NCBI RefSeq assembly: GCF_026571515.1
Contig: NW_026857808.1
Location: 1-64,000, forward strand
DNA: 64,000 nt
Reading direction: 5' to 3'
DNA from: Ruditapes philippinarum
Taxonomy: Eukaryota
Of this stretch, positions 60,343-64,000 are shown piece after piece; positions within the stretch are counted from its first letter, which is position 1, and every line of letters begins with the position of its first letter. The notes beneath the pieces were generated by a model that worked only from the letters and a program-made list of their open reading frames with translations, did not search any database and was not told the origin of the DNA. A program made the position numbers and the translations under genes.

Positions 60343-62974
60343 CAATATTAATCAAGTATTCATAATGAAAATTAACTTTTGTGCTGAAAAAAAAGAAAGA
60401 AAAGAAATAAAAAAGAATTGTGTCCAGGGTTCTGATCTAAAAAGGTGTAATTGAAGTTTTACATCATCTGAGCGTACTCCAGATGAACTTTTGTGATTGC
60501 CTTTGTCTGTTGACCTGTGCTGATGTAAAACAATGTCAGCTCTGTTCCTTTGACCTGTGCTGGTTTAAAACAATGTCAGCTTTGTTCTTTTGGAAATGTT
60601 TGAAAATGTTTGAAAATGTCAAATGACCCCTTGATTTGGATATACATGTATTAACATGTTCTACCATGTTATGGGATCTTGATTTGTATATGTTTAAACA
60701 TGTTTAGATGTGTTTGGATCGTTATAATTGCCATTTAATGTGAATGTTTAAACATGTTCCATCATGTTTTGGGGACATTTTTAATCATGTTTAGATGTGT
60801 TTGAAAGTAAAGGAGTAGTTACATGATCAACCATATTAAAACATGTTCTGTGAACGTTTTCAAACATGATTGCTGGATAGAACAAAAACATGTCAAAATG
60901 TGATTGACCATGTTACTCTTTTTTTGATCATCAAACATGACTAATCACGATTGTTGACTGATCATGTTAGATCATGGTGCCATTTCACGTGCATGTTTAA
61001 ACATGTTTAAAACATGTTCAAAACATGTTCAAACATTTCGAAATAACATGTAAGAACGTGTTTAAAACATGTTAAGACATGTTTCAATCATGAAATTTTC
61101 GCTAGGGAAGTGTGCACAATTTTTAAATAATAAATCATAAATCAAAAAGATTTACACCAAAAATACATTAACCTACAACATGGCAACCATCTTTGTTAAA
61201 GATTAAAATAAATGTAAAATGTCACTAATAAATGAATATTTAAAACCCAAAATAACCATTTTTCATCATTAACCCTGTATTTATATTTTAGTCATTGCCT
61301 TTATAGTTTAATGAACTGCAAAGTTCATGTTGTAAAAAAACCCTGATAAAGTAAATCATCTGAATGTATCAGATCTGATTATCTGGGAAAATAAATGTAA
61401 TTTGACAAGTTGTAAGAAAATACAATTTTGTCATATCCAATTATAAGATTTTTGATTAATATCTTTTATTTGTGTTATTGTTTATTGATCTATACTTACT
61501 GATCTTGATTTATATTAGATTATCGCTAATTTTTAACAGGGGTTTAATTTAGTTTTGAACATTGATTCTTATAATTTAGTATGCGATAAAAAAATCAAAG
61601 TCCCTGTTATAACTGAGGGGTTGAGGAGCCAGGAGGGTTACATTAAAAGATAACTGTGCAGGACATAAATTACTCAACTCTTACCACCCTAAATATCTTA
61701 ACTGGACTTGTCCATCTTTTAATCTGGACAAAACCATTCATCATTTTTAAGTAAGTACTTTAAATTCAAAATTAATAGGTCACCTTTGAGTTGATAATAA
61801 CATTTAAGGACATGAATGCTCACATGTCCAAGGTCCATACTCTCTGAGTGCCTGAAAAGGCTGAGAGACCTTCATTAAGCCTTGAAAGCGTACAGTAAGT
61901 ATTGACTGAAATAGCCAACAGTGCTGACCAAGAGAATCTTTCAAAATATGCACTGTCTGCAATACAATTAACAGTGCAGACTATGACCAGATAGCACAGA
62001 ATAATTTATGTGCAACTGACCTTGGTCTGCACTGGTTGCATGGACAGAAAAATTGAACTGCCACCTAGGGAATGAATATATGTGTTTTGTTTGGCCAAGG
62101 GAGGCAAATACAGCTGAATTTGTAATTCAAAGGGTGACAACTAGGTGACAAAAGAATTAATAGGTCAAGATTTCAAGTTTTTACAATAAAGAAACATTAA
62201 ATTCCTTAGATTGTAAATTTTATAGCCTACGAGGCATACACAACCCAATTTTACTTCTAAAATAGCCCTGTATATACGACCAAATAAGGCAATTTTATTA
62301 TTATCATATATAAACACACTTGACACAATTCTCACCTATACTGAACTTTTGATCTGGATGATCGTCCACAATAAATTAACAAGATTTTAAAATGAAAATA
62401 TTATTGTGTTTTTATTAAAAGTGACAAATCCCTTTATGGAGAGAAAAACTTTTGAACTTTGAATAACTTACTAAAACATTTTTGTGAAAAATTGTTGCGG
62501 TTATATTATACATGCATTGTTTATTATGCAGTTTTATTATGATCGCCAGATCGAGTGAAGTTCAAACGATAAAAAGATTAAAAATAACTAAATGTGGTAC
62601 GTTACAAGGTCTCTTTTTTAACTAATGTAAAGCAATTTCGCTTAAGTATTAAGATAAATTAGAATTGAAATATGCATTTTCATTCTCCTATCTTAAAGGA
62701 CTTATTAAATATTTCTAACACCTGCACAAATTTTAAGCCTGGTCCTTAAATGTTTTATTTCTTAACTAAAAATTGTCTTATTATAAACGAACTGTACAGC
62801 ACTAAATTTCTTAACTAAACTTGTCCGTTGTTAAATTAATACAAAACCATTTCTCTTTTTTTTAGAGAATATTTAATAATATGTACTGACTGAAGTACAC
62901 ACCATGAATGGTACCACAACTGGGCCAGCTGATCTTGGTCCCCCCCCCCCCCCCCCCCCCCCCAATTGTGGAGG

Positions 62975-63155
62975 AATACCAATCGTGCAGTATTTCAGAC
63001 ACAAATGGGCACCTGAGTAGAAACATCAACATTTAATAAGCTAGCTTGATAGCTTATATTCACATGAAAGAATCTAAAGTCACTCACAGGATTTGAACCA
63101 TCAGCAGTGAGGGGCAAGTGGTTTGAATTTAACAACCTTAACCACTTGGCTACCT
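62975..63155 (-). mobile_element. Degenerate 5' part of SINE family A
   Basis: gtgcagtatttcagacac..cacctgagtagaa..cacatgaaagaatc..gtgaggggcaagtggtttgaa..ccttaaccacttggc. Confidence 0.8.
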
Positions 63156-63548
63156 ATGTCACCACAGAAAAAAAAAGTTAATGTTTGTGCCCAGATTGAA
63201 AGATGGACATTAGTTCATTGTAATAAGATATTTTAAGAATTATATGTATTTTTTTACACAATATGAAAATCATTTTTCGTACGTTCACGTTTTAGAATTT
63301 TTTACAATGGGCGAGGCTTAGATGTGTGTTAATGTTTGTGGTTTTACAGATGACATAAAATAAATTATACATCTATATACATGTATGGGAAACACATGAC
63401 TGTAAATGCATCTTAAGAATGCATTCTAAGTTTAAATCATGCCTGGCTAGAAAATCAGATTGTCAAATGTGTGTTTTGATGAACTCCTTATAAAATATCT
63501 ATGAAAACTTAACTGTGAATATTATCATTATATTCTTGTTTATCATAT

Positions 63549-63783
63549 GAGCTGCGTCACGACAAAACCAACATAATGGGTTTGCGACCAGCATGGATCC
63601 AGACCAGCCTGCGCAACCGCGCAGTCTGATCAGGATCCATGCTGTTCGCTATCAGTTTCTCTACTTGTTGTACGATTCGTAAGTGAACAGCATGGATCCT
63701 GATCAGACTGCGCGGATGCGCAGGCTGGTCTGGATCCATGCTGGTCGCAAACCCATTATGTTGGGTTTATCGTGACGCCGCTC
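63549..63783. mobile_element. Palindromic MITE with ~100-bp TIRs (Sola-like)
   Basis: ATAT|GAGCTGCGTCACGAC ... TCGTGACGCCGCTC|ATGT. Near-perfect arms around a ~35-nt spacer. GAG..CTC termini and an imperfect 4-bp TSD. Confidence 0.85.
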
Positions 63784-64000
63784 ATGTCATTTTTCACTTT
63801 CAAATTAATTTTTCACTCTCATTTAGTGTGAAGGGGTTTCCTTGTAACTTAAAATTTACAACTTCCCAATACTTTCAAACCTTTCTAATTCCAATATGTC
63901 AAACATTTTTTTTTATCAGAATTTTCCCCTAAACTTCATGTGAGTCACAATTCAGGAATTTTAGTTTCCCAAGAAAATTAGCATCAATATCAAGAGGATG

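Larger units (their letters stand above)
54762..61107. mobile_element. Decayed CACTA/EnSpm (CMC)-type DNA transposon, ~6.3 kb
   Basis: AA|CCCTAGCGAAAA ... TTTTCGCTAGGG|AA (12-bp TIR, 2-bp TSD). Dense palindromic AACATG/CATGTT subterminal repeats at both ends. Internal coding remnants. Confidence 0.85.

Noticed and set aside
62941-62963. Long poly-C/poly-G runs (also ~4566, ~14970, ~45476) as G-quadruplex elements
   Set aside because: Simple homopolymers within or next to TE debris; run lengths are unreliable in assemblies.
63557-63932. ORFs MDPDQPAHPRSLIRIH... (also 54392-54601)
   Set aside because: Translations of the palindromic MITE arms.

Overview
AT-rich eukaryotic genomic DNA, most likely a bivalve mollusc. 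This is inferred from the expanded HSPA12 family, pearl/HINE-type satellite-bearing elements and bivalve-type SINEs. Positions 1-29,030 are a head-to-tail array of at least five HSPA12-like (atypical HSP70) genes with intronless CDSs on the + strand: two intact, three with frameshifts that partly look like long-read errors. Two orphan fragments of the C-terminal region also lie in the spacers. The array appears to sit antisense inside one intron (>29 kb) of a large minus-strand gene. Five phase-compatible coding exons of that gene are visible (41634->29346) and encode a Ser/Lys/Glu-rich, probably supervillin-like N-terminus. The strongest signal is that the HSPA12 paralogs are nearly identical in the ATPase domain but differ at five discrete, almost purely amino-acid-changing patches in the C-terminal domain, with mosaic haplotypes. 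That pattern resembles a diversifying recognition or immune-type gene family more than a housekeeping chaperone. The rest is intronic DNA dense in transposon debris: HINE/pearl-like elements, a piggyBac>mariner>HINE nest, a decayed CACTA element with transposase and BEN-domain remnants, SINEs, several MITEs and minisatellites. One small element has a ~72-bp hairpin with three tandem G.A mismatches and an internal complement of its own end-to-end junction. Paralogous empty sites confirm several insertion boundaries directly. All family assignments come from motif recognition by eye; no database search was run.
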